Shown here: positions 1-9,852 of the stretch, piece after piece | How positions within the stretch are numbered: the stretch's first letter is position 1 | How the letters are laid out: every line of letters begins with the position of its first letter | Source of the DNA: an uncultured Candidatus Saccharibacteria bacterium | Lineage (GTDB): Bacteria; Patescibacteriota; Minisyncoccia; Phycocordibacterales; PALSA-1337 | Assembly (NCBI GenBank): GCA_964358975.1 | Contig: CAYHQT010000001.1 | Span: forward strand, 1 to 32,199 | Reading direction: 5' to 3' | DNA length: 32,199 nucleotides | Program-made: the position numbers and the translations under genes | The notes under the pieces: model-generated | The model's input: the letters and a program-made list of their open reading frames with translations, nothing else | What the model was told of the DNA's origin: nothing | Database searches by the model: none

Positions 1-626
1 ACAGCAGTGGGCAGAATAACAATGGAAACATGGTCGGCTGGACTTCCACATCCAGTGCCATCGTGGCTGGGAAGCTGGGGCAGGGGCTGAAGTTTGACGG
101 GGTGGATGATTTAGCGAAGATTAATCAGACCAGCGGTTTGCCTGTATTTACTATGGGCGGAAAAGCCTCGGTCGCTTTCTGGGTTAAAGGCTCTTCCCAG
201 GATAGTAAAACAATATGGTCCGAAAGTAGTAGCAGTAACTCGCCTTTGTATAACATTGTGACCAATAATACAAGTTGTGCTGGCCAAGCCAGCGGAAAGA
301 TTTGCATACAGATACGCACAGATGCCAGTGTAACTCTTAAACTTCAAGCTACCGCGAAAACAGTCCTTGATAATACCTGGCATCATGTTGTCTGGGTTGA
401 TAACGCGGGTGCGGCAGGAACGGCCTTATATATTGACGGCGTCAAAGATACAAATACTTTTACTTACACGCCATCGGGAGCGCTAACTTCAACCACCGAC
501 TGCATCGGGGCTTTGTGTCGAGGTTCAAATACAAACTTTTTCAACGGTAATATTGATGATGTGCGGGTTTATAATAGGGCCCTTACTGGTATCGAAGTCA
601 AACAGTTGTATAATATAGGAAGATAG
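1..626 (+). CDS. LamG-repeat secreted protein, C-terminal part (gene starts upstream of window)
   Basis: The frame is open from nt 3 with no upstream stop and ends at TAG 624-626. Nt 1-110 nearly match 15968-16077 inside the complete paralog 15751..17907. LamG/Laminin_G_3-type motifs are present (GKLGQGLKFDGVDD ... IDDVRVYNRAL..VKQLYNIGR). Confidence 0.85.
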   Translation, partial: SSGQNNNGNMVGWTSTSSAIVAGKLGQGLKFDGVDDLAKINQTSGLPVFTMGGKASVAFWVKGSSQDSKTIWSESSSSNSPLYNIVTNNTSCAGQASGKICIQIRTDASVTLKLQATAKTVLDNTWHHVVWVDNAGAAGTALYIDGVKDTNTFTYTPSGALTSTTDCIGALCRGSNTNFFNGNIDDVRVYNRALTGIEVKQLYNIGR

Positions 627-664
627 TTGGGAAGTGATATTTTACGAAATAAAATCAAAATAGA

Positions 665-3600
665 ATGTTTCCAAAAATAAAAACTGAATACGGCATAGCT
701 ATCATATTTTCAGCTTTTATTCTTGCCACAACATTGATCAATCAAAGTTGGAGAGAGTTCGTCTTAATTGCCGACCAAACTATCCAATCCATTCCTGCTC
801 GTACTCAACTAGCCTCTGCTTCTGATGGTGCTGACCCTGGTCTTGTTGGCTGGTGGAAGTTTGACGAGGGGTCTGGCACGAGTGCGGCGGATTCGAGCGG
901 AAGCGGAAATAATGGAAGACTCATTAACAATCCCCTCTGGGCTACAGGAAAAAACGGAACAGCCATTTCACTCAACGGCACCACCCAACTCATAAGGAAC
1001 ACCATGACAAGCGGACTGCCGGTATTCACAATGGGCGGAAAAGCCTCGGTCGCTTTCTGGGTTAAAGGCTCTCCCCAAGATAATAAAATAATATGGGCCG
1101 AGAGCAGTAATAGCGGTTCACCTCTGTACCAAATTATAGCTGATACTACAAATTGCACCGGTCACGCTAGCGGGAAAATCTGTATACAAATACGTACAAA
1201 TACTAGCAATACTATTCTTCTTCAAGCTACCGCGAAAACAGTCCTTGATAATACCTGGCATCATGTTGTCTGGGTTGATAACGCCGGAGCGGCAGGGACA
1301 GCCGTCTATGTTGACGGCGTCAAAGATACAAATACTTTTACTTACACGCCATCAGGAACGCTAACCTCAACCACCGATTGCATAGGGGCTTTGTGTAGAA
1401 GTTCAAACAGTAACTTTTTTAGCGGTAGTGTTGATGATGTGCGGGTTTATAATAGAGTGTTGTCGGCAGATGAAATTACCACATTATATAATAACGATTT
1501 AAGCGCTGTAGGAACCGCTCCGGTTTCTGATACTCAAACTCCAACAACGCCGGCGTCTCCAGACCCGATTATTCCCATATTGTCTGATCCAACATCTACT
1601 ACGCAGGGAAATGTAACACTTGTTACTCCTCATTTGATTGTGGCCGATCCTGCCAGAAATTGGTACGGCGGTCCAAATAATCAGCTTGGGTATGATATTT
1701 TAAATCTGGCATTAACGCGAGACGGTAATACAACTGATAAAGTAGAGGTTCAATGGTCGTCCGATGGTAATGTTTGGATTGGGAATAATAACACCTATAC
1801 GCCTGATATTTTCATTTCCGTTCCAGCCCTGCCGTACAATGTCAAGGAATTTTATCGCATCCGTGCCAAAGTTGCCGTCAGTGGAAGTTATCAATATTCA
1901 AATTGGTCGAATATTTTGCCGGTAGTCAGCTTGTATCCGCCCAATACTTTTACGGCCGTAGCCAAAAACCGTACCTCGGTCTATTTGACTTGGGCATATC
2001 GCGGGGCGAAAGATCGAAGTGGGCAAGAATATGAGCTTCTACCAGGTTCGGGTTATAAGATTGAACGGAGTATAGACCCGAACTTTCCGGCTAGTAATAC
2101 GAGAATCATTACGGTATCCCAACCTTATACATTAATACCGAATCCGAACAATAACGCCAAAAAATTAGTGGTTTATACCGATAACAGCGTATTTACCGAT
2201 GAGACATATTATTATCGTGTTCACGCATTTACAACCGTAGGTGACGGTGAGACTTCAAAGGTAGTATCATTGGCACCAAACAGATTGCCTGATCCTGTTG
2301 AATATTCGGCCACTTACATGACGGCGGATTCGTCTAACGCGGTTGCGATACCGTTTAACACAAATACAAGAGGACAAACCGGTTACCGGATTGATCGAAG
2401 CGATGATAGCGTTAATTGGACCACTATCAAATCATCTAGCTCTATATTGTCGTCAAATCCATATGTAGACAGGGGCTTAATTTCAGGCAAGACATACTAT
2501 TATCGAGTCATTGCGACAAATGATGTCGGTGATTCTCCCTATAATCTTCTCAAGGTTGATGTTCCGAATGGCGCGCCAGCCAATACAACGCAATGGTATG
2601 TCAATAATAGCGTGACCGGTGGAAATAATAATGGCGCCAGTTGGACTAATGCGTGGCATAATTTTTCCAGTATCAATTGGTATGCGATAAAACCCGGTGA
2701 TAGTATATATATAAGCGGAGGCACATCGGGTCAAATATATACCGAGACGCTATATGTGATGAAAGGGGGTATTGAAGGAAATCAGGTTACTATTAAGGTT
2801 GGTAACGACTCATCGCATCATGGAAAAATTACATTGAAAAATGGCATTATGTTTCGAGCTCCTTGGGTCACTCTCAATGGCGCCAAAGATTCGTCCTTCA
2901 GTTTTAGCAATTTGGAAAATATTGTAGCCAATCAAAATATTGAAGTTCAGAATCCAAATGATAATTCATGTATATATTCAAGCGCGCCTGAAGGCACGCG
3001 CATACTGTGGATTGATCTTAACGGTTGTGGGTCTCCGACTGGTCCACAGACATTGGAAGGAAATACTGCGGGCGTGTTATTTAGGGGTCCCAGTATCCGC
3101 GGTTCTGAAATAGCTTATAACTATGCCCATGATATTTTAGGGACCGGTTTGGCTGTGAGTGCTCCGGCGGATACCTATGGACTTAGCGCTATTCACCATA
3201 ATATTATTGAGCGTACTCATAATGACTTTATTATTGGAAGTGGCGGTTTGGATATTTACAATAATATCGCGAGAAATTGGGTCCGCCCAGGCATTGGACA
3301 CCCAGATGGTTTCCAAATCTGGGCTCCGTATATTCGCATTTACAATAATATTATACATGACACCCCCGGCACACTCGTGTATATACAATTGCAATCGGCG
3401 GCATCCAAAGGTGTTCAAATATTCAATAATATAATGTATTGGACTGAAACAGAGGAAAATTCTGCTATTACTTTTTCAACTATTGCAAACGGAGTCACAT
3501 TGAGTGATGTTGTTATTGCCAACAACCTTGTTTACAACCTAAATAAAGGCCAATTGTCATTGAATGTTCAGCAGAATATAACACCGATATCAGTCAGAAA

Positions 3601-4387
3601 CTTTGTGACAAAAAACAATATATTCTATGTACCCACAAACCCAAATAATTCCGGTAACTTCATAGACTTTAGAGTTTTTGATTATTCTGTGAATGACATT
3701 ATTTATGATTATAACATTTTGGCCGGTACAGGAAGTCTAGGAATAGGCTATAAGGGGATTTCGTACGCTAGTCCGGAAGCGTTCAATGCCGCCTTTCCTC
3801 AATATAATCATAATTCCTCCCTCAAACCTCTAATGGTTAATCCCGCTTCCTTTGATTTTCGCTTATTATCCTCTGATACCGCCACGCGAAACAGTGGGGC
3901 GGATTTATCGTCTTATTGCACCGCGGCTTATGGCTGGAGCCAGAGCAATTGTCCTTTGACTAAAGATATTGACGGAATTTCGCGCCCCCAAGGCTCCGCC
4001 TGGGATATCGGCGCCTACGAATACTATTCTGGCCAGACGGTCACTCCTCCCGTATCAACTCCAATCAACGGCTCCTGCTCTGCCACCCTGAACCAATGTC
4101 TCACCGGCGCCTTCTCTGATGTGGCCGACACCTCCACCAATTACCTCTGGTCTTGCCTAGGAAGCAACGGCGGCACAACCGCTTCCTGTAGTCTACCTAT
4201 TACATCTGTTACTCCTCCCACCCCCACCACCGGCGACTTCAACAACGACGGTTTGGTCAATTCCATAGACCTTTCTCTAATGATTACTGCCTGGAATACG
4301 AACAACACTATTTATGACCTCAACAGAGACGGCAGAGTGAACTCTCTAGACTATGTGAACATGGTGCGGAATTGGACGATGGTGTAG
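665..4387 (+). CDS. Giant surface protein: TM leader - LamG - Fn3-like x3 - right-handed beta-helix - 4-Cys module - dockerin
   Basis: 1240-aa ORF. Leader: KTEYGIAIIFSAFILATTLINQSW..ADQTIQSIP. LamG signature: GLVGWWKFDEGSGT ... VDDVRVYNRVLSADEI. Fn3-like repeats span aa ~330-640. NN[IL]-rich beta-helix repeats end in SRPQGSAWDIGAYEY. The dockerin has two Ca-loop repeats (DFNNDGLVNSID / DLNRDGRVNSLD). Confidence 0.9.
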   Translation: MFPKIKTEYGIAIIFSAFILATTLINQSWREFVLIADQTIQSIPARTQLASASDGADPGLVGWWKFDEGSGTSAADSSGSGNNGRLINNPLWATGKNGTAISLNGTTQLIRNTMTSGLPVFTMGGKASVAFWVKGSPQDNKIIWAESSNSGSPLYQIIADTTNCTGHASGKICIQIRTNTSNTILLQATAKTVLDNTWHHVVWVDNAGAAGTAVYVDGVKDTNTFTYTPSGTLTSTTDCIGALCRSSNSNFFSGSVDDVRVYNRVLSADEITTLYNNDLSAVGTAPVSDTQTPTTPASPDPIIPILSDPTSTTQGNVTLVTPHLIVADPARNWYGGPNNQLGYDILNLALTRDGNTTDKVEVQWSSDGNVWIGNNNTYTPDIFISVPALPYNVKEFYRIRAKVAVSGSYQYSNWSNILPVVSLYPPNTFTAVAKNRTSVYLTWAYRGAKDRSGQEYELLPGSGYKIERSIDPNFPASNTRIITVSQPYTLIPNPNNNAKKLVVYTDNSVFTDETYYYRVHAFTTVGDGETSKVVSLAPNRLPDPVEYSATYMTADSSNAVAIPFNTNTRGQTGYRIDRSDDSVNWTTIKSSSSILSSNPYVDRGLISGKTYYYRVIATNDVGDSPYNLLKVDVPNGAPANTTQWYVNNSVTGGNNNGASWTNAWHNFSSINWYAIKPGDSIYISGGTSGQIYTETLYVMKGGIEGNQVTIKVGNDSSHHGKITLKNGIMFRAPWVTLNGAKDSSFSFSNLENIVANQNIEVQNPNDNSCIYSSAPEGTRILWIDLNGCGSPTGPQTLEGNTAGVLFRGPSIRGSEIAYNYAHDILGTGLAVSAPADTYGLSAIHHNIIERTHNDFIIGSGGLDIYNNIARNWVRPGIGHPDGFQIWAPYIRIYNNIIHDTPGTLVYIQLQSAASKGVQIFNNIMYWTETEENSAITFSTIANGVTLSDVVIANNLVYNLNKGQLSLNVQQNITPISVRNFVTKNNIFYVPTNPNNSGNFIDFRVFDYSVNDIIYDYNILAGTGSLGIGYKGISYASPEAFNAAFPQYNHNSSLKPLMVNPASFDFRLLSSDTATRNSGADLSSYCTAAYGWSQSNCPLTKDIDGISRPQGSAWDIGAYEYYSGQTVTPPVSTPINGSCSATLNQCLTGAFSDVADTSTNYLWSCLGSNGGTTASCSLPITSVTPPTPTTGDFNNDGLVNSIDLSLMITAWNTNNTIYDLNRDGRVNSLDYVNMVRNWTMV

Positions 4388-4434
4388 ATATTATATATTA
4401 GGTATATGTATTAGATAATAACAAGCTTAAGGCG

Positions 4435-4449
4435 TGGTATAATTTCATT
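4435..4449 (+). promoter_or_regulatory. Extended -10 promoter (TGgTATAAT) with 6-nt spacing to the ATG; leaderless transcript predicted
   Basis: TG 4435-4436, TATAAT 4438-4443, ttcatt, then ATG at 4450. There is no room for a Shine-Dalgarno sequence. Confidence 0.5.
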
Positions 4450-4953
4450 ATGATTAAAAAGGAAAACAATTACGCTTTCATAGACAGTCAAAATCTTAAT
4501 CTGGGTATTCAAAAGCTCGGTTGGAAATTAGACTACAAAAAGTTTCGCGTTTATCTTGCCGAGAAATACGCGGTAAGGAAAGCATACATATTTATTGGAT
4601 TTGTAGCTCTTAATCAATCACTTTACGATAAGCTCCAAGAAGCTGAATTTATTTTAAAGTTCAAGCCAACAATTCCTGATGCTGACGGTAAAATTAAAGG
4701 AAATATTGACGCAGATCTTGTTTTGCGAGCAATTGTTGAATTAAATGATTATGATAAAGCAATTATTGTTTCAAGTGATGGAGATTTTTATTCACTGGCG
4801 CAATATTTGTATGATATCGGCAAGCTAGAACTTGTGCTTAGTCCGGACATGAAAAATTGCTCCAGCCTGCTCAGGCAAACAGCCAAGGAGAAAATCAGGT
4901 TTATGAATGAAATGAGAGAAAAGCTTGAATATAAAAAGAAAAGCACTGCTTAA
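4450..4953 (+). CDS. NYN-domain (LabA/PIN-like) putative ribonuclease
   Basis: 167 aa. N-terminal YAFIDSQNLNLG and C-terminal IIVSSDGDFYSLAQYL match the conserved acidic motifs of NYN/LabA-like proteins. Confidence 0.7.
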   Translation: MIKKENNYAFIDSQNLNLGIQKLGWKLDYKKFRVYLAEKYAVRKAYIFIGFVALNQSLYDKLQEAEFILKFKPTIPDADGKIKGNIDADLVLRAIVELNDYDKAIIVSSDGDFYSLAQYLYDIGKLELVLSPDMKNCSSLLRQTAKEKIRFMNEMREKLEYKKKSTA

Positions 4954-4975
4954 GGACGGAACCTCAAGCAGTACT
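4942..4975 (+). terminator. Hairpin spanning the NYN stop codon (possible terminator)
   Basis: agcactgcttaagg / cctcaagcagtact pair at 12 of 14 positions around a 6-nt loop. No clear T-run follows. Confidence 0.3.
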
Positions 4976-5030
4976 TAACTTTAGAAATACACTTGTAGTA
5001 TATATGAATCAAAAACCCTGTCAAGTACAT

Positions 5031-7424
5031 ATGTTCTCATCAATCAAAACTAAATACGGCATCGCCCTCTTACTTTCCACCTTTATCCTAACCCTCACTC
5101 TCATCAATCAGTCTTGGAAAGAGTTCATCTTGGTTGCCATCAGACAATCCAATACATTCCTTCCGCGCATACTCAACTAGCTCAAGTCGATGGTCCCTCG
5201 TCGCAAAGCTCCTCGGGACAATTAGCCCAAGGGCTAATTGGTTGGTGGAAATTTGACGAGGGGAGCGGAACGGTGGCGGGGGATTCAAGCGGGAGCGGAA
5301 ACAACGGCACGCTCATGAATGGAGCGGCGTGGACAACGAGCGGAAAGATTGGAGGAGCGCTGTCTTTTGATGGTCAGAATGACGAAGTTGTTCTTGATAA
5401 TTTTAGTGATCTTGATTTTAGCCAGGAAAACGCTTTTACATTCAGCGCTTGGGTATATCCTCTAGGTAATAACGCAGGCGATATTATTTTCTCAAGAGGC
5501 GGATCGTTTACAAACGCGGGGAATGCCGTTTATCATTTTGGCGTATTAAATGTAGATGCCACCCGTTGGGTTATTAGGATTAGTGACGGAACCAGCATCC
5601 TCAGCGCCGATTTTACCGGTTCGGTCTCCATCAATCAGTGGCAACTCATATCTGCAATCTGGGATGGAAGCACGCTTAAGTTGTACAAAGACGGAATACT
5701 GATAGCTTCCAGACTTAAGGGCAGTTTCACGGCGCTTTGGGATGGGGACACTGCCAAGAAGAGAGAAACATCTATTGGAGCTGATGGGGCTGAAGAGTAT
5801 CTTAATTGGAATGGTAAAATTGATGATATGCGAGTCTACTCTCGCGCCCTGTCCGCCGCCGAAATTACCGCTCTCTATAACTACACCGGAGGCGCGGCCA
5901 CCCCCGCTCCGGTTAATGGTTCCTGCTCAACCACTTTCAACCAGTGTGTAACCGGAACATTCTCCGACATTGCCGATACCGGCGCGAACTATCTTTGGAG
6001 CTGTAACGGTTCAAACGGAGGCGCAAACACTGCCTGCTCTCTGCCGATTCCATCTCAAAGCGACACCTCTCCCCCAGTTATCAACGGCCCTAATACGTAT
6101 TATGTTTTATTAACAGGCGTTGACACTAATCCCGGAACACAGGCCCAACCTTGGCGCACCATTAGGAAAGCGGCAACCGTTGCTCTTGCCGGAGATACCG
6201 TCGTTGTCGGCAACGGTTCATTTGATGAAATGGTTGAAACGAAACATACAGGCACGCAAGCTAATCCCATTACCTTTAGAGGCTCCGGACAAACAATTAT
6301 TCAAAGTTTCGGAATATTCCACGAATGGAACAATGTTGATAACTTTAAAATAACAGCCTCAAATGCTGTGATTTATGGCGCGATAACTTTTACAGCTAGC
6401 AATATCAGAATTACAAACAACACGATTTACAATATGCATGTAATGGCTATTAGAATGACTAATAACGGTGGAGGTAGTCCGACAGTCGATTCATGGCCGA
6501 CAAATGTGTATATAGGATACAACACGTGATATTATCGGGCTTGCCAAAGGGGCCGAAAATCACAATGATTTTATCCAGACATGGTATGTTGCCGGATTTC
6601 ATTCAAAGAATAACTTAATAGAAGGGAATTGGATTAAAGACAATTATTTTCAGCTATATAACTTGGAGGATGGCGACCATGGAGCGGATTATAACAACTG
6701 GACCTTTAGAAATAATATATTCATCAATAATAAAATGAACGGAAACCTCGGTATCCCGAATAGTAAATTCTATAATAATACTTTTTATCATAGTCCCTAT
6801 ACGGATGGCAGTTATAGCCCGATTGTTTGTTTCAATCAGCCGGGATTTCATGCGACGGGCGGGGTTGTCGTAAATAATCTTTTTGTAAACAATGGATTTG
6901 AAACGCCGGAATTCAAACTGGGATCTTATTCTAATGGGTCTGTATGTTCCGGAGATTACAACTTGGTAGTAGGTATGCCGCCGACTTTTTCAACTTTAAG
7001 ATCATCCCCATCATTCTCAGATGCTCATGGTTTAAATGGAGTTGACCCAATTTTTGTTGATCCTGAAAATGGAGATTTCAGATTGCAGGCCGGAAGTCCT
7101 GCCATAGGAGCTGGCACTGCACTTAATGGAACATTTACGACTGATTATAATGGAGTAACACGTGGGGCATCTTGGGACATTGGCGCCTATGAATACTATT
7201 CCGGCCAGCCGATCACACCCCAGATTACTCCTCCGGTCATACCACCCATAGTTCCTCCCACCCCCATTATCGGAGATTTCAATGCCGACGGCGTAGTTAA
7301 CTCCATAGACCTTTCTCTAATGATAATCGCCTGGAATACGAGCAACACTATTTATGACCTCAACAGAGATGGAATTGTCAACTCTCTGGATTATGTGGTC
7401 ATGGTGCGGAATTGGACGGTGTAG
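5031..7424 (+). pseudogene. Leader-type LamG - 4-Cys - beta-helix - dockerin gene disrupted by two frameshifts
   Basis: ATG 5031 opens a canonical leader (MFSSIKTKYGIALLLSTFILTLTLINQSWKEF) that stops at ~5177. Relative to paralogs, 1 nt is missing at ~5139-5144, and the body continues in the frame of ORF 5114..6529. A second frame change at ~6516-6529 joins ORF 6663..7424, whose frame is open back to 6516 (..HNDFIQTW..). The pieces together reconstitute the family architecture. Confidence 0.8.
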
Positions 7425-7479
7425 GGGGTGATATAGATGTGAGATATATGCTCCATAAATTCGCGCTAATAAAGATTCT

Positions 7480-7508
7480 TTGACTCCACTACACGAATTT
7501 GCTATATT
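7480..7508 (+). promoter_or_regulatory. Sigma70-type promoter for the AbiE operon
   Basis: TTGACT (7480-7485), a 17-nt spacer ending in TGc, then TATATT (7503-7508). Confidence 0.5.
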
Positions 7509-7536
7509 TCAGTTATTGGTTAAATACAACATATAA

Positions 7537-8157
7537 ATGAAATACATTGATTTCTATGGACAATTCAAAGATTTCCCATTTATTAACATCAACGATGTTA
7601 AAACGGCGTTTCCAGACTATGAACCCAGACGCATGTATGAATGGCAAAAGGCCGGATATATAAGGAAAGTTGCCAGGAGTTTCTATGTATTTAATGATAG
7701 AAAATTGAACGAAGACGATCTCTGCCTGATATCAAACAAACTTCGCGAGCCTTCCTATATAAGTCTGGAATATGCTCTTAGCCAGTATTCCTTGATACCG
7801 GAAACGGTATTTGTACGTACGTCCATAACTACCAAGAAGACCGCCTCTTTTGAGACTGTTATAGGAAATTTCAGTTATCAATCCGTCAAAAAGACGTTAT
7901 TTTTCGGTTATGTTCTCCAAGGTCAGAAAAAGTCAAAATATAAATTTGCAGAACCGGAGAAGGCGATCCTGGATTTTCTCTACTTGCGTTCTGATATCAA
8001 GGATGGAAATGATATAGAAAGCTTAAGGATCAACGCGGATATATACGAGGAAATCATTGATGAAGAAAAGTTGGACAAATACTTGGGTATTTTTCAGCTT
8101 GTCACTTTGAATGAAAAGGTCGCTTTGCTCAGGGAATACATAAAGAAACATGATTAA
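7537..8157 (+). CDS. abiEi: AbiEi-family antitoxin (type IV TA, winged-helix N-terminus)
   Basis: 206 aa, of a size and N-terminal pattern typical of AbiEi_4-like proteins. It overlaps the downstream AbiEii gene by 8 nt (ATGATTAA). Confidence 0.7.
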   Translation: MKYIDFYGQFKDFPFININDVKTAFPDYEPRRMYEWQKAGYIRKVARSFYVFNDRKLNEDDLCLISNKLREPSYISLEYALSQYSLIPETVFVRTSITTKKTASFETVIGNFSYQSVKKTLFFGYVLQGQKKSKYKFAEPEKAILDFLYLRSDIKDGNDIESLRINADIYEEIIDEEKLDKYLGIFQLVTLNEKVALLREYIKKHD

Positions 8158-8920
8158 TTTAGAAGATATCAAAAAGAATTATCCGTATCCGGAAGGATTT
8201 GACCGCAGCGCTTTGCGGGAATATTTCCAATATAAGATCTTGGATATCCTTTTCAGGAACGGCTTATCGGAAAAGATATCATTCCTGGGCGGGACAGCCA
8301 TAAAGATCTGTTATGGTAGCCGCAGATATTCGGAGGACCTGGATTTTGATAATTTTGGATTGACTGCGGATGATTTTTCAAAGATGTCGGAGACTATCAA
8401 ACAGAGTCTCACTCTTGAAGGGTATGAAGTCGAGATAAGAAATATTCTGAAGACCGTATTCCGCTGCTATATCAAAATCCCAAGTGTTCTCTTTGATAAC
8501 AAGCTCAGTCCTCTGGCGAATGAGAAGATCAACATTCAAATAGACACTATGCCACATGATTTTAATTTCATGCCGGAGATTTTTATGCTTCAGAAATACG
8601 ATATCCTGCGGAATATCAGGGTGACTCCCAAAGACATCATCCTTTCCGAGAAGGTTGCGGCTATTATCGGACGCAAGAGAGCCAAAGGTCGCGATTTTTA
8701 TGATCTCGTCTATTTGCGAGGTATTACGGATTTCAATTATGATTATCTGCGGGCGAAACTGAATATCGGCAATGCCGGTGAATTGAGAGAAACTCTCCTG
8801 AAAGTCACCGAGGAATTTGATTTCCGTGCTCTTGTAGCAGATGTTTCGCCGTTTTTGATCAATCAGGATGAGAAGGCGTATGTGTTGAACTTCAGGCAGT
8901 ATGTCCAGCAGAAGTTATGA
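8150..8920 (+). CDS. abiEii: AbiEii/AbiGii-family nucleotidyltransferase toxin (DUF1814-like)
   Basis: 256 aa with the motif ISFLGGTAIKICYGSRRYSEDLDFD (GG..A....R.S.DLD NTase core). Translationally coupled to the AbiEi-like partner. Confidence 0.8.
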   Translation: MINLEDIKKNYPYPEGFDRSALREYFQYKILDILFRNGLSEKISFLGGTAIKICYGSRRYSEDLDFDNFGLTADDFSKMSETIKQSLTLEGYEVEIRNILKTVFRCYIKIPSVLFDNKLSPLANEKINIQIDTMPHDFNFMPEIFMLQKYDILRNIRVTPKDIILSEKVAAIIGRKRAKGRDFYDLVYLRGITDFNYDYLRAKLNIGNAGELRETLLKVTEEFDFRALVADVSPFLINQDEKAYVLNFRQYVQQKL

Positions 8921-8925
8921 TCAAT

Positions 8926-8971
8926 AAACTCTTTGGACTATGTGGTCATGGTGCGGAATTGGACGGTGTAG
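8926..8971 (+). repeat. Solo copy of a dockerin-gene 3' end (last ~46 nt plus stop); approximate left edge
   Basis: aactctttggactatgtggtcatggtgcggaattggacggtgtag closely matches 7380-7424 (a few mismatches), the end of the 5031-7424 gene. It begins ~5 nt after the abiEii stop and has no ORF body upstream. Confidence 0.9.
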
Positions 8972-8997
8972 GGGGGTACTTCTTTCTAACCGATAAT

Positions 8998-9006
8998 TGT
9001 GATAAT
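8998..9006 (+). promoter_or_regulatory. Extended -10-like box (TGtGATAAT) 11 nt upstream of ATG 9018
   Basis: Sequence match only. The spacing is longer than in the other cassettes. Confidence 0.35.
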
Positions 9007-9017
9007 ATGGAATTATT

Positions 9018-9428
9018 ATGAATATCGAAGCTATAAAACCGAAAATCGCCCAAATCGCCGAGAAATATGGACTGGATCTCGTAGTACTTTTTGGTTCACA
9101 GGCGACAGGAAAAATACATAAAGAAAGCGATATAGATATAGCTTATACCGGAGATAAAAAACTCTCTTTCGATGAAGAAATCAAAGCCAATAGCGACCTT
9201 ATAGATATTTTCAAGAGAGATGATGTGCAACTCGTCAATATAAAGAAAGCTTCTCCTTTGCTCATGAAGCAAATCGTCGACCACGCGATCATCTTGTATG
9301 AGCGTGAGAAAAACATTTTTAACTCTATCTTTGTTTTGGCGCAGAGAATGTTCGAAGATGCCAAGGTGTTATTTGATTTGCGCCGGCATTATTTGGATTA
9401 CAAGCTAAAAGAATATAAATATGCTTGA
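9018..9428 (+). CDS. mntA: MNT-type nucleotidyltransferase antitoxin
   Basis: LFGSQATGKIHKESDIDIAY (GS...G / DxD minimal NTase motif). Overlaps the downstream HEPN gene by 8 nt. Confidence 0.85.
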   Translation: MNIEAIKPKIAQIAEKYGLDLVVLFGSQATGKIHKESDIDIAYTGDKKLSFDEEIKANSDLIDIFKRDDVQLVNIKKASPLLMKQIVDHAIILYEREKNIFNSIFVLAQRMFEDAKVLFDLRRHYLDYKLKEYKYA

Positions 9429-9846
9429 CAAGAAATTTTTGGAGAAGAAGTTGGAGATGCTCACTGGCTATGTCGATGAGATGGAAAAAGCTATCTCGGG
9501 TTTTTCTATTGGAGAAATACGAGATGATCTCGACAAGCGTCGCGTGACTGAAAGAGTATTCCAACTTATCGTGGACTGTATGATAGACACAAATGTGCAT
9601 ATTATACGAGAAGGCAATTTTGGCGCGCCTGATGATCTCGAGAGCACTTTCAAAATGCTCGGGAAGTATAAAGTTCTGGATGAAGATTTTGCTAATAAGA
9701 TTGCGCCTATCGTCGGAGCCAGGAACATGATCGTGCACCGGTATGAAAAGCTTGATATCGACCTTTTCCTAAACAATCTTAAAAACAATTTCTTGGATTT
9801 CAAGAAGTATATTGTGCAGATAGATTCGTATATAAAAAAGAACTAA
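9421..9846 (+). CDS. hepT: HEPN (DUF86/HepT-like) toxin
   Basis: 141 aa with the R-x4-H motif in GARNMIVHRYEKLD. Paired with MNT. Confidence 0.85.
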   Translation: MLDKKFLEKKLEMLTGYVDEMEKAISGFSIGEIRDDLDKRRVTERVFQLIVDCMIDTNVHIIREGNFGAPDDLESTFKMLGKYKVLDEDFANKIAPIVGARNMIVHRYEKLDIDLFLNNLKNNFLDFKKYIVQIDSYIKKN

Positions 9847-9852
9847 TAATAA

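Noticed and set aside
805-1158. Minus-strand ORFs overlapping the LamG entry motif (805..1158, 5088..5288, 15738..16040, 17127..17321, 17910..18281, 26124..26315, 28062..28274, 31255..31470)
   Set aside because: All contain the antisense translation of the conserved GWW[KT]FD segment (..NFHQPT.. or ..KVHQPT..). They lie inside strongly supported + strand genes or leaders, so they are shadow ORFs of GC-richer conserved sequence.
5130-6530. Programmed ribosomal frameshifting or phase variation in the 5031-7424 gene
   Set aside because: Neither shift site contains a homopolymer tract, a simple repeat or a recognisable slippery heptamer with a downstream structure. Two independent shifts 1.4 kb apart are better explained by decay, assembly error or imprecise recombination.
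9325-9738. 137-aa minus-strand ORF (also 9468..9803, 9096..9364, 24680..25051, 25685..25879, 26450..26662, 27605..27980)
   Set aside because: They are fully embedded antisense to TA genes that have clear family motifs. They have no recognisable motifs and are low-complexity, as is typical for AT-rich antisense frames.
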